Shown: positions 12,678 to 24,726 of the stretch, in pieces | Numbering within the stretch: the stretch's first letter is position 1 | How the letters are laid out: each line of letters opens with the position of its first letter | Notes under the pieces: model-generated | What the model was told of the DNA's origin: nothing | The model's input: only the letters and a program-made list of their open reading frames with translations | Database searches by the model: none | DNA from: Takakia lepidozioides | Taxonomy: Eukaryota; Plantae; Bryophyta | Direction of reading: 5' to 3' | Length of the DNA stretch: 64,000 nt | Assembly: GCA_030704615.1 (NCBI GenBank) | Contig: CM060731.1 | Span: 72,230,001 to 72,294,000, forward strand | Position numbers and translations under genes: made by a program

Positions 12678-12706
12678 GAGAGAGAGAGAGAGAGAGACAC
12701 ACACAC
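12678..12706. repeat. (GA)n(CA)n microsatellite
   Basis: gagagagagagagagagagacacacacac read directly. Confidence 0.9.
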
Positions 12707-13695
12707 GACGCCAACCGAAGTTAGCGTAAACGAGAGCCTCTTCCTCTCAGGATCCTACAAATCATTTGCAGAGTTTGTTTTACGTTGAATGCGGGAGAGA
12801 TGATCCTTGAGGGCCTGAGACTACCTAAAGGTCGCAGGCTGAACCGTCAATGGCTTCGTAGGGAGAGGGACCAAGTTCTAGTGACGACTGAATGTCGGAG
12901 ACTAGTTTTAGGGCCGAACCACACTAGCGGCACTGAATTTCGGACCTTCCTATTGGTTTGGTTTAAGGGAGGGTAGTGTGCCGCTCTGCTTGCCACACTA
13001 GCTGCGGCCGAGAGGCTCCGACCAGGCGCCTACATGTCACATTACCGTGAAGTACAGATTTCCAGGCACTGTCCCTTGGAAATCCACAATTTTAGGAAGA
13101 CATTTTGTCACGACGCAACTCTCCCGCCATTGCGAAGCTGGTCTCCCCCCCCCCTTTCGTGCGATGGTCTCTCCTACCTCTTTGTGTCTTCCTAGTTTTA
13201 GAATTGGTTATTCTTGGTGACATGGGCCTACATCATCCAACAATCCCTAGCTTGCAACGTCCACGTTAGTGCCGTTGGTGTGTCGCCAGTGTTGGTAAGG
13301 CCCCTTAGTGCAGAGCAGGAATAAGGTGCCATAATGCCATGTCATCATTGCCACGCTTAGTCGTCAATTTTTAAGCTGCCCGTATTGCCCTGAAAAAAAA
13401 CTGTCATTGTCGTTAGTTCTTAAGCTGTCTAGACGTAAATACTCAACAATATAGAACTTGGGGAGACTCCATAAGAAACACAAGAATCATCTTTCTTTGT
13501 ATACAAGGACAATAGGGCCCACCCCTGAAAAGGACAATGCCCCAGGCCTTGTAACCTCAACATGGAAGAGCGAAGTATAGAAGAAAACAAGAAACCACAT
13601 CAAAAGACTTGATACACTGCCAGAGATGAAGTGCCTTGTGATGCAGGTAAGCTGTCAGACATTTCTGGTCCTCAAACCTGAAGCTGATAGAGGGG

Positions 13696-14590
13696 ATATA
13701 CTCATAAAACATTGTTTGCCGTAGCTTTGTGGCCACAAACCCCACATCCAGACAAGAGGGAACAGACCCTACCTTTCTGAGGGCTCACTCCAGTAGTGGC
13801 TAAAACAATTGGTTCCGGCTTTCCAGATTTCCTTAGTTAAAAAGACCATGCTTTGTAACATTATTAGGCCCACCTTGGAGTAGTCATCTGCCGTGTGGGA
13901 GGGCAACTCCAACCATGCTAAAACTTTAGGATCCATTCAAACAGAGCATGTCAACATGCTCTAGAACAACTAATGAGGCTGTTTGGGACAAGTTTGATGT
14001 TGAGCTGTCAAGGTGCTGAACTGCAGGCCTAATACCAGATCGACTCTGTTTCTTGGAAGCAAGACCTTACTTAAATAAAGTAACGGAAGAGGAGATTTCA
14101 AGTACCTGAATACTAGGCAAGAGCTGACCCTGCTAAGTGAAGCTCACTTAAGGAAGAAGTGTGTAAGTCCATGTCAGAAAGCATAAAGAATGTCCAAACA
14201 AAATGAAGCCAGGCATGAAACTTTCCTGAACTTTACCTGTTTGTGACATGGGTAAGGACCTTAAGGATGATCTGAAGGGCCTACCTAGGTACCCTCGGCT
14301 CTACACTGACATTTAAACTCCGGGCGATCTACCTTTGCACAAAAAACAGATGGAGAGGAAAGAAAGATTGTCAACGTCCAATGTGCGGGTGGCCTGAAGA
14401 TAATATCCGTTTTCTGCTACAATGTCCAGGGTATTCTCATTGGAGATCGAATCTCTTTAGGACTCGTGGACCATCGAGAACGTAGTCCCTACACCTCTGT
14501 TCACTAACTTCCAAAATCTCGAAGCTGAGCTTACAGCCCTGGCCCTCTTGGGGCCTAATCGCTGGGCAGCTAACACAACACATTGATAGT
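13696..14590. mobile_element. Degenerate non-LTR retrotransposon copy: 3' end on the - strand (about 13696-13855), upstream part inverted on the + strand (about 13858-14590)
   Basis: The minus part matches the 3' end of the 30571-31479 LINE (ctcataa.ac.ttgtttgccgtagc.ttgtggcca). The plus part encodes IIRPTLE*SSAVWEGN...VCDMGKDLKDDLKGLP...FKLRA...PMCGWPEDNIRFLLQCPG...VPTPLFTNFQNLEAE, homologous to the same LINE. Confidence 0.85.
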
Positions 14591-15099
14591 ATTAATCCCT
14601 CATCAGTGGAAATATAATGAGACCCTCACCGTCATAAGGTCCTCCCTCTTTCAAACAATAACTCTAGCCATGGCGTAAGCCTCCTGCTTAACTTATCAAT
14701 CCTCTTGAAAGAATCTTCGATACTCTCAAGGCTCGTCCAGAATCTTTGGCACGGCCACCACCAGTAGCACCTGAACCTTCAGCAGCTTTCTCGCCTTTCT
14801 TCCAATGGATGTTATATTCCCGATGCTGGCTTAGGATGAGATTTATTGTAACATAGAGGCTTATCCTTAGTGGTACGAGTTGGAAAGGAAAGTGCTACAA
14901 ACTTTTCAACAGAGGTCGAAATGCTATAGACCTGCTATAGATTATACTATTGGGGTATAAAGGAGTAGTGGTGTATATTATACTATGGATTCCTCTTACT
15001 ACATACCCTATCCACTTTCTTACAAGGGACAGAAGAGCTATGGATAGATCAGTTAGCTTTAAGAAGTGGAGACAGCTTTTGTAGATCCATTACTTGCTG

Positions 15100-16850
15100 A
15101 AGACTAGTCAGACCAAGGGCTTCTCTAAATTGTGTAAATTTATGTTTTCCTATAGGCTTAGCAATAATGTTTGCAAGTTGATTTTCGGAGGAAATATGGT
15201 CTAGATCTATTTCCCCACCTTCTCTCTAATAGAATGTTGTCTTCACATCAAGGTGAGATAGCTTCCATTTGTTCTTTATGGCAAGAGCAACCAAAGTACG
15301 TAAAGGTCCCCCATTTAACCACTGGTGCAAACGTCTCATCGTAATCTATTCCCTCCCTTTGCTCATAGCCGCGTGCCACCAGTCGAGCCTTGTGATCAGT
15401 CGAGCCTTGTGTTTGACATGAGCACCATCTGCAGCTTTCTTCTCCTTGTATATCCATTTAGAGGAAATGGGCCGCTTCCTTGGAGGCAAATCCACAAGTT
15501 CCCAAGTTCTGTATTCTTTAATAGAGTCCATCTCTTCCTGCATTGCCTTGCACCAATTGTGATCGCGAGCAGCTTCTTGAAAGCTGACAGTTTCCTCACC
15601 ATTCGAGATGGCAGCAACATAATCCGCAAGTCGACGTGGTAAACGTCACTCCCTTGCAGGTAGAATTCGTCATTCTCTTGGAGCTTCCTGTATAGCTTCA
15701 TTGTTTGATTCAGAGTCACATTGTGAGTGATTCGAGTTGACTGAGGAGGAGCTGGTCTCTTCACTTGAATTTTGGTCTGAGGACGATGAAGAGTTGGGTG
15801 AGGTACTTCCTGTCTCAGCTAGAGCCGGTGGGAGGTTAGGTGGTACAAGTGCAGGTTGTGATGCTTCACGAATAGAGATAATGTGCAAGCATTCAAGCTT
15901 TGGAGAAGTAGCAAACCCAAATTGAGATTCATCGAATCTCACATCTCGAGAAATTAAGATCTTCCTAGACTGGGGGTGATAGCATCATATCCCTTACTTT
16001 CCGTGTCGTAGCCAAGAAAGTTGGCACACTTGACAGCCCTTGCTTCTAGCTTTTTAACGTGTTCTTTGTCAACATGCACGTAAGCTAGGCTGCCAAAAAC
16101 TCTCAGATGTGGAGTTCGTGCCTGTGTGAGCTAGTGGGTTATTCCGTGTGAATATTCCAAGTAGGCTCTCCAGACAAGAATTCTCCTCTTCTGTCTCTAC
16201 GCAATTTTGCAATTGAATTCTTGAAATGCTTCTCCACCATTCTCTTGAAGTTCCGAAAACATGTGAAGGCTTCGCTTTTCTCCCTGAGGAAATATACCCA
16301 AGTAAATTTGTTGTAATCATCGATAAAAGTAATAAAATAACTCTTTCCACCTTGCGATGGACTGACAGTGGCCCACAGAGATCGGAATGAATGAGGCAGA
16401 GTGTGTAGTCGCCCGTGAAGTACTGGACTTGGGTACTCTTTCACGACGCTTCTTGCCTAGTTGGCAGCCTTCACAAGTAGTTCCAAGATTGGAATGTATG
16501 GAACTCCAGATGCCAATTGCTTGGTTGTGAGTTGATGGACTCCTTGGAAGGAGCCTTTTGTGCTTGTGATTGGCGATATTTGTTGCCCCACTTATTAACT
16601 CGTTATCTGATTCTTCGAGAGCCAAGATTTCGTCAGGGTTTGTCATCGTTTCTAGGCCGTTACGAGCATCTCTTATGCCTTTCCCTGAGATCCTACCCGA
16701 TTTATCAAAGATGAGACATTTCCTAGAATCAAATATAGCAATTTGTCCTTTGTCTGTTAGAGATCGTACAGAAATCAAATTCTTGTGTGGGAGCCATAAA
16801 GAGCAAGAATACCTTGCTGATTTCCTCACAGACGCCACAGCTCAGTGCAA
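15100..16850 (-). mobile_element. Ty1/copia LTR retrotransposon pol remnant (PR-IN-RT-RH order), internally deleted
   Basis: KNLISVRSL (post-protease), CEGCQLGK (pre-integrase Zn motif), SYFITFIDDYNKFTWVYFL (integrase), FLGY..ISRDVRFDES, AMQEEMDSI..TWELVDLP..KWIYK and [24 protein letters not shown] (RT). It then jumps to the RNase H end QLANIIAKP. Many frameshifts. Confidence 0.92.
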
Positions 16851-16939
16851 AGAAGCCTAGAGTCCAAGAGACACAAACCCTAGTTTGGCGTGGCTAAACC
16901 CCTTTGGAGAAATGGCTAAACTGCCATGAACGGCCATGG

Positions 16940-17765
16940 ATGGGGCTGTGACAGCTATGGCCTGTGGGGCTGTGACCCTGTGACCTGTGTAGGGCTGTGA
17001 CAGGCTGTGGCCTGTGGGGCTGTGATGGACTGTGACTAGCTGTGCCCTATGCGTTGTGATGGGCTGTGACCTGTGACCTGTGTAGGGCTGTGACAGGCTG
17101 TGACCTGTGGCCTGTGGGGCTGTGATGGACTGTGACTAGCTGTGCCCTATGCGCTGTGATGGGCTGTGACAGGCTGTGACCTATGGGCTGTGGGGCTGTG
17201 ATGGGCTGTGACGGACTGTGATAGGATGTGACAGGCTCTGATGGGCTGTGACAGGTTGTGACCTGTGCCCTCTGGGGCTGTGACGGACTGTGACAGGCTA
17301 TGATGGGCTGTGCCATGTGGCCTTTGGGGCTGTGACAGGCTGTGATCTGTGGCCTGTGGGGCTGTGATGGGCTATGCCATATGGCCTTTGGGGTTGTGAC
17401 AGACTGTGACCTGTGGCCTTTGGGGCTATGACGGGCTGTGATGGGCTGTGATGGACTATGACTGGCTGTGACCGGCTGTGATAGGTTGTGACGGACTGTG
17501 ACCTATGGCCTGTGGGGCTGTGATGGGCTGTGACAGGCTGTGATAGGCTGTGGCATGTGATGTTGTGACCTGTCACATGTGTAGGGCTGTGACCTGTGGC
17601 CTGTGGGGCTGTGATGGGCTGAGACGGACTGTGACTGGCAGTGACAGGCTGTGCCTTGTGGCCTTTGGGGCTGTAACGGGCTGTGATAGGCTGTGGCCTG
17701 TGGCGCTATGATGGGCTGTGGGGCTGTGGCATGTGTAGGGTTGTGACGGCTATGACCAGTGATCT
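16940..17765. repeat. Degenerate ~10-bp satellite (GGGCTGTGA[T/C], GACCTGTG) with higher-order duplication
   Basis: Dozens of CTGTGA/CTGTGG-centred units; block 16980-17053 is repeated almost exactly at 17073-17153. Confidence 0.95.
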
Positions 17766-18589
17766 GTGTGGGCCTGTGCTGGTCTGTGGTGGTACGTATT
17801 GACCTATGGACGACCTGTGCTGACTCGTGGAGGCATTGATGGACTGCCTGAAGACTGACATGTGGTCTTGAAGGCCAAATTTCGAAGCTCGTGGAGGGCG
17901 GTTTGAGGAGTATTTTCATGATATTCCCATGGTCATGCAAGTGAGAGAAGAGAGGAGAGGAAGAGTGTTGGGATGAGGGCATGCTAGGGTTAGGCATTGC
18001 TTTAGCTTCTTTTCCTCGTAGTTTTCCACCCTCTCATTAGACCAAGACATTTCCGTAGGTGGAGGCAAGAGTCAGTCCGGGTTTGGGCTGGGGTGTCCTT
18101 GCAGGAGCAACATCGTGGAGTTGTTTTTGGTGTGGGGGAGTTGTCGTTCTGATTTATTGTGTTTGGATCCCCTCCATACCTACATGCTTGACTGTGCACC
18201 ATGTTAGTTTTGTGTGGGCACTTGTTTTTATAGGTGATTGGTCCGGATTTAATCACCGGCCAGTCCTAGAGCATGTTGTCGATGGTGAGGCTGGGGTGAT
18301 GACCAGTCAGACCATCATTGTTTCTCTTTGTGGTGAGGTTGGAGGTGATGACCAGCCAACCATAGGAGTGCTTGCGGTGGATGCAGGTGCAGATGTAGGC
18401 TATGTTAGGAACTTAGTATTCCAAACCATAAGTCGCAACAGGTTATCTACCCGATTACCTTGTGGAGAGGGGGTAGGGACATGTTCATGACCGGTTGAGT
18501 GACAGTTTGTTAACACGGAGGTGCCACTAGTTGCTGGGGACAGTGCCGGTTCAAGCACTAGCGATACTAGTGGGTACACGAGATGAGGT

Positions 18590-21500
18590 GTGCGGTTTAG
18601 GCCACCTTTATCTCATGTGTCTTCTACGGAAGGTTCTGATTCGGATTGTGAATCAGGAGGACTCACACCGGCGGTGCAAGTTGTTTCCTTGCCATTGTTG
18701 TGGGACACAATGGAGGAGATGTATGGAGCTACCAAGGGGCCACAAAGGTACTCTGGGGCGGTGGGCACCATCGAGTTGGATGACTTTATCCAAGAGTTTG
18801 ATAGTTGGTGTGACTTGCAGCAAATGCGCAATCCACAAGGGGGAGCGCATGGAACTAAGTGAGCTGTCACTCTTGCGGGATCTCGTCGTTCCACCGGAAC
18901 TCTTTTTATGGCATGGAAGGGGCTATTTCAGCACCTTGAGGGGCCGCCCATGGATGATTATCATGAGTTCAGGCGGGGGCATGAGGTTGAGATCGAGGAG
19001 TAGAGGATGTACTGGTCACCCAACTATGTCTCTGTCACTATGGGCACTAGAGCCACGAGGGCAGTGGCTACACTTGCCGCTGCACCGACAACTTCAACAA
19101 GCAGCAGTGGAAGTAGTGGGACTGGTGGTACCGTAGCTACGACGTCTACCCAAGCCACTGCCGCACCAGCACCAGTATCTGTGCCAGCCTTCAACCCTAT
19201 TGTGGAGTTCTTTGAAGAGTTGAGAGGGAACTACGAGGACCCCATGTCAAGAAGGATTGCCCAAAGAGAGGCAAAGGGCCGGCACATGCACAGCCTGCAC
19301 AGTTGCAGTGTGGGCATTGTGGCAAACACGGGCATGGAGAGGCCCAGTGTTATGGTTTGCATCCTGAGTTGCGCCCAGGCCACTTCCAAGGGAACAATGG
19401 TGGCCGGGGGCGAGGTGGAGCAGCCCAGAGATGACGAGGTGCAGGCCAAGGGCAAGCTCAACATGGCCAAGGACGCGGAGGTCAGGGTGTTGACCAAGGC
19501 ATGGCCAACCGGCTTCAGCAGCTAGAGTACAGCTCAGGTGGTACCGGCTCCAAGGCCAGATGGTCCACCTCTTGCTCCTGAGGGAAGAGATATGGGAGGC
19601 ATAGGATTCATGTGCAGGGAAGCATTACCACTAGTGCAAATGGAGTCGGCGGCGGCAGTGACCCGAGGAGCAACACGAGTTCCTAAGCCACGAGGTGCAG
19701 AGGTGGAGTTGGATCCACAATGTGGGGAGGCAAGCCGTCAGGCTAGGTTTCCTCAGTCATTCACATTGGCGGAGACAGTGTCGACGCCATCCATGGCACC
19801 TAGTTCTCGCCCGACTGTTACTGAGGCGGAGGTTACTATGCCATTGGGGAGAGCCACACGGGCAGCACCACTACCTAGTGTTGCCAAGGCTATGGCAGCT
19901 AGTGTGCTACTGGGGGCGGCCACATCTGTGTGTCAAGCTCCATTGTTCTTGGCTACCATGGTTGCGACGCCGGGGATAAGACCAGCTGAGGTGTTCAGGC
20001 TGGCAGCTACACTCTATGAGAGTGAGGAGGTTACTTCATCTTCTGCGGAGATAGTGGGAGGTATAGTGACGGAGGCCGGATCCTCGGATGTGAGGGTCAA
20101 GACTGCCACCGCGGCGCCATGACAAGCTGCAGCTGTCAGCTAGGCCAGCCATTGAGCGCGCCATGGTGACACCTGGGGTTGTCATGTTAGATAACCATGA
20201 TGGCATTTTCTGTTTGAATGGACCGGCAGGCAAGAGATACCGGCCACTGCGCGTCTTGTTGGACTCGGGAACTCAGCCATTGATGTTGGGCAGAGCTTTG
20301 ATTGCAGGCTTGGGCCTCACGGAGGCGGATATGGAGCCTTGTCATTTCCAGATACAGACATCTCTGGGAGGATCGGAGCAGGCTCGAGGCATGACACGGC
20401 GTGAGTTGGCTATCAGACTACGGCCGGATCACCCTACAGATGGCTCAGTGATGCGAGCCAAGGTCATTGTGACAGACGCGGTCTTGTATGATGTACTGGT
20501 TTGGTGGGGTTTAGGGTTTAGGGTTGCGCAGTGTTGTACCCCATGGGCTTGGGAGGAGTCAGCTTCCTATAGATCCGATGGCAGTCAGGGGAGGGCCGGC
20601 GTGTGCAGCTCCCTGTGACGTTCATAGGAGTGCGGTTGCCCAGCGAGGCAAGATGCCGACACTAGCAGCATTCACAGCTGTAGTGACTTGGCTTGGAGAG
20701 TTGCTAGAGGGCAACGTTCATTCAGAGGATGTGTCACCTCCAGCAGAGCAGGATGACATGTATGGTATGGCGGAGTTGTCTGTCATGATTGCTCAGATTC
20801 CATTGTACGAGCAAGGATTTGCAGCAGGTTGTTGATCGACGGGTGCAACAAACATGGGTAGAGGCTTTTGTACCATCAGGAGAGGAAGTGAGTGCGGGGA
20901 TTACACCAGGACCACCTCAGTTGTCTCCATTGGACACCACACCTATTGTGTGGCAGTATCCGGATGAAGGCATTTGTCTTCTGAACTTGTTTGGCGGGAT
21001 CAGCACCGGATTGGCTGTTGTGTTACAAGCAGGTGTACGAGTTCGGCGTTACCTATATGTGGAGAGGGATGAGACTACACGACGCATCTCCCTACATCAT
21101 ATTGCTCAGTTGGTGCAGCAGTACCCTGAGTTGTTGCCGGTGTCTGCAGTTCGTGGATATCAGCAGGCCTTGCCAGCAGACATTTCGTTGCTGGGGGCGC
21201 AGGATTTGGAGCGGGTTGGCTTAATTGATCTGGTAGTGGCAGGTTGGCCCTGCCAAGAGCATTCATCAGCTGGACATAGCAATGGATCGCAAGACTCGAG
21301 GTCGGGTCTGTTTTGGGAGATGGTGCGGGTTTTGCGCCACTTGCAGCTTCATCAAGCTGTATCTCCAGCATACATCTTGGAGAATGTGCCACTGATGGAC
21401 GATTCTCGGGCCAGGGTGATGGCCAATGTGCATCAAGTCCGGTCGTGGCTTGGCTCAACAGTGTTGCTGGATGCAGCTACAGTGGGGTCACGGGCTCATC

Positions 21501-23780
21501 GTCCACGACTATGGTGGACTAACTTGATGCCACCCGCACTGCTCATGTGTGCATTTGATGGGGTGCAGTGGCCAGCACACCTCACAGTGGATAGCATTTT
21601 GGACACAGGGAGGTAGTCTCAACGTGTGAGACACGATGACCATTCGCCTTTGGCAGTGGTCAACAAAGTGGGTCAACCACGAGCAACACTACCTACACTG
21701 CTCAGCTTCCTAGGATCGCATGCTTTCCGGGATAGTGGACCTGGCCTCCTCTGGGATGCTCAGCTACAGCAGTTAGTGGAGCCTAATGCCGACGAGCGAA
21801 AACGGGCTATGGGTTTTTCCACTGGGACCACGGCGGTGCCTTCTCTTTCTAAGGCATCACGTCGTCAGGTGTTGGGGCAAGCAATGGATCTCAATTGCTT
21901 GACCTGGATTATCAGCTTGGCTATGGCTGAGCAGCTCAGAGTACGGAGTATACTTCCCTCGATGGTCTCTCTGCCTACCGAGATGGTACAGGCAGCGAGT
22001 GGGGGCGAGCATGTGAGGACCACAGGGTGCAGACATCCATGGCACACATGGGAGGTGCTCGAGGTTCAGAGGGAGTTGGCAGCCAAGGTGGCGGTGATGG
22101 ATGCGGTTGGGGATTTTTCTCGGGTTGAGGAAGTCCTCGAGGATGAGATGATGGGGCAGGATGAGGCCTTGTCATTGACTGAGCAGGTATGGAATACTGC
22201 TCAAGATGTTGCAACATAACAACCACTGGACGCGTCCTCTACCTCTAAGCCCACTAGACTTAAGGTTGCAGTTACGGAGGATAATTAGGAACTGACATTG
22301 GACCCATTGTCACCGGAGGAGAGAGACGACGTATACGGGGGTTCCTGAGGGCTTACATGAATTGCTTTGCCTTCAGTTTGAAGAACTTGGGAGCACTGAA
22401 GGGTGAAGAGATTCGTATTGAGTTGGCTACTGACACACCAATTTTTTGGAGACCCTATAGATACAATGACATGGAGAGGTCTTTGATTCAGATAATGACT
22501 CAAGATCTCTGGAAGGCTGGTTTGATGGAGCTCTCTGGTGGAGAGTATGCTTCAGTCACAGTGATGCCAACCAAGAAGGATATCTATGGCAATTGGACGA
22601 AGAGACGTATGTGCGGTGATTACCGGCCTGTAAATCGTCAGATCAAGTCTGATAAGTATGTCATGCCAACACCAGAGGAGATCTTTGATGTCATCGGGCA
22701 TGCTAAGGTCTTTAGCACTTTGGATTTACGATCCGGATATCACCAGTTGCCGATCAAGGAGACGGACAAGCAGAAGACGACATTCTGGGGGATCAATGAG
22801 CACGGCAAGGATTGCCTATATAGGTGGCGGTTCTTACCATTTGGGCTTAAGAACGCTCCTGCAGAGTTTCAGAGAGTTATGGATAGGATTCTAGCAGGGG
22901 TGGACTTTGCTCGGTGCTACATAGATGACATCATCATCTTTATTACTACGGTGGAGGAGCATGAGAGACATCTTCAGGTGGTATTACAGCGCTTGAGAGC
23001 GCACGGATTGAAGTTGCATCCGGGGAAGTGCAAGTTTTTCCACTGGGGGTACAGCAGACTAAGGTAGAGGCCATTGCACAAATTCCACGCCCCACGGATG
23101 TGAGCCAAGTTCGAGCTTTCATGGGGTTAGCAAACTACTATAGACGGTTTGTCAAGGGATTTAGTGCTATCACAAAGGCTCTAACCAAGCTGACCAAGGT
23201 GGACTAGGAGTGGCAGTGGGAAGATGAGCAAGAATGAGTTTTTCAAGAGCTCAAGGTGAGGTTGACCTCGGCGCCTATCCTGAGACGATCTATCAGGGGG
23301 CGTCCCTTTCAGCTGCGGCTTGGAGCGGTGCTCACACAGGTGGATGATTAGGGAAGAGAGTTTGTAGTGGATTATGCTAGCCGCTCGAACAACGCTGCAG
23401 AGGCTAAGTACAGCTCATATGAAGGAGAGTGCTTAGCTGTAGTGTGGGCCGTGGCAGACTTCAGGTGCTATCTATATGGCAATCTCTTCACCCTTGTCAC
23501 GGATCATCAGCCACTCAAGTGGTTGATGGAGTCAGACAAGCTTACAGGGAAGCTTGCACGGTGGGCACTCATACTCTAGGAATATGACTTTCAGGTTGTG
23601 CATCAACCGGGTTTGGTCAATCGGGATGCGGATGGATTGAGTCGCAATCCATGCACGAGCCAGCAGGATGACACTGGAGCTCGGTGGCATGGTGAGACGG
23701 ACAAGAAGATGGTGCCGGGAAGGCACGCATCTGCATTTTTGTGTATCTTGGCATCGGGAGGTCAGGTTGGATATGCTCCT
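18590..23780 (+). mobile_element. Ty3/gypsy LTR retrotransposon remnant: gag(CCHC)-PR-DNMT-RT-RNaseH, truncated before integrase
   Basis: Gag-like segment with zinc knuckle CGHCGKHGHGEAQC (19309-19350); aspartic protease LLDSGT (20262); RT MCGDYRPVN..STLDLRSGYHQ..LPFGLKNAPAEFQR..YIDD (22918-22929); RNase H YASRS..YSSYEGECLAVVWAV..TDHQPL..DADGLSR. Confidence 0.93.
20970..21930 (+). pseudogene. C5-cytosine DNA methyltransferase domain embedded in gypsy pol (one premature TAG)
   Basis: Motifs in order: I LNLFGGISTG (F at 20990), II YVERD, III PADI, IV DLVVAGWPCQEHS (catalytic PC 21248-21253), V DSRSGLF, VI YILENV (21380), VII LDAA, VIII RAHRPRLWWTN (21500), IX ERKRAMGF (21794), X RRQVLGQAMD (21860). 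ORFs 20789 and 21626 share a frame and are separated by a TAG at 21614-21616. Confidence 0.92.
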
Positions 23781-24726
23781 TGGCTCCTTGATGCTCTCTA
23801 AGACAAGACTAAGCACTCCACAGCCTTTGTCAAGCTCCTGAAACCCTAAGGCTTACATTTCCAGCCACAAGACATTCCTCTTGTGGTGCAAGAGCTCTTC
23901 TTCCAAGCTCTGAAACCCTAGGTGCACATTCCATGGCCTTGCCGCACTTCTTAGCTCCTGTTCCAGCCCTGCTCTTGCCATGGCAAGAGCCCTCATACCG
24001 CTGGAGTTTCAGATTGAAACCCCCAACTCAACATAGCCGCAAATGCATTGGCTTGCATACAAGAGAAATCAACCATCTCTCTTCACTTATACCTCCTTAT
24101 GAGCTTGAAGTTGGAGCTCCTGATAACTGTGACTTGCATCTAACACCCTCACAGCTCCACACTCACCACACTTGGCTGCCATAGCGTTGAGCTATGCAAC
24201 ACTGCTCTTCAACACAGGCTGCCCGCCTCTATATCCATTGCAAACCTGAAACATGTTCGCCATCGCACCCTATCCGCTTTGGATAGGCTCATGCACTGAT
24301 CCCTGCACTCTAAGCTGAGTTGTTTCTCATCTGAAAACATACAAGTGCTAACAACTAACTCGTATCTAGAACTCATAGATACGAGCTGATCTTTCTCGAG
24401 TGATAAAGAAAAAGAATACAAGCACAAGCTCATGCTGAAGCATAAACTCATGCATATATAATCTCATCACTCAAATACAAGTCAAGCCAAGTGCACCCCA
24501 CGCCATGGGGAATCCACACTACGGCGCCATAGCTAGGCGCGGTGAGGCTCAACTCGAGAAAGATGAGCCTCCCGCGCTTGCCGTGAAAATAACCACTCCA
24601 GGGCCTAAATCTGCCTTGGCCCCTGGATTGACACTTGGGCCAATCCCAAATGTCAATATGTGAAAGCTAGCTATTTCCTAGCTAGTTTCACACTAGTGGT
24701 GAAATAACTTGACACCATAGTGGTTA

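Noticed and set aside
17047-17997. Ser/Pro/His/Thr-rich ORFs on the - strand
   Set aside because: They are by-products of the decamer satellite, with frames shifting between units.
17940-18545. 5' LTR, PBS and PPT of the gypsy element (purine tract then TGTTGG at about 17964; ...TTAACA then GTTGCTGGGGAC near 18510-18541)
   Set aside because: No second LTR copy is available to confirm boundaries, and the PBS-like match is only partial.
20789-22219. DNMT as bacterial restriction-modification contamination or a stand-alone host gene
   Set aside because: It is contiguous and co-oriented with the gypsy protease and RT, intronless, and decayed in the same way. There is no bacterial context and no host DNMT accessory domain.
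24659-24697. Helitron 3' terminus
   Set aside because: The hairpin is AT-rich and abuts CTAG instead of lying about 10 nt upstream; no 5' TC end or Rep/helicase sequence was found.
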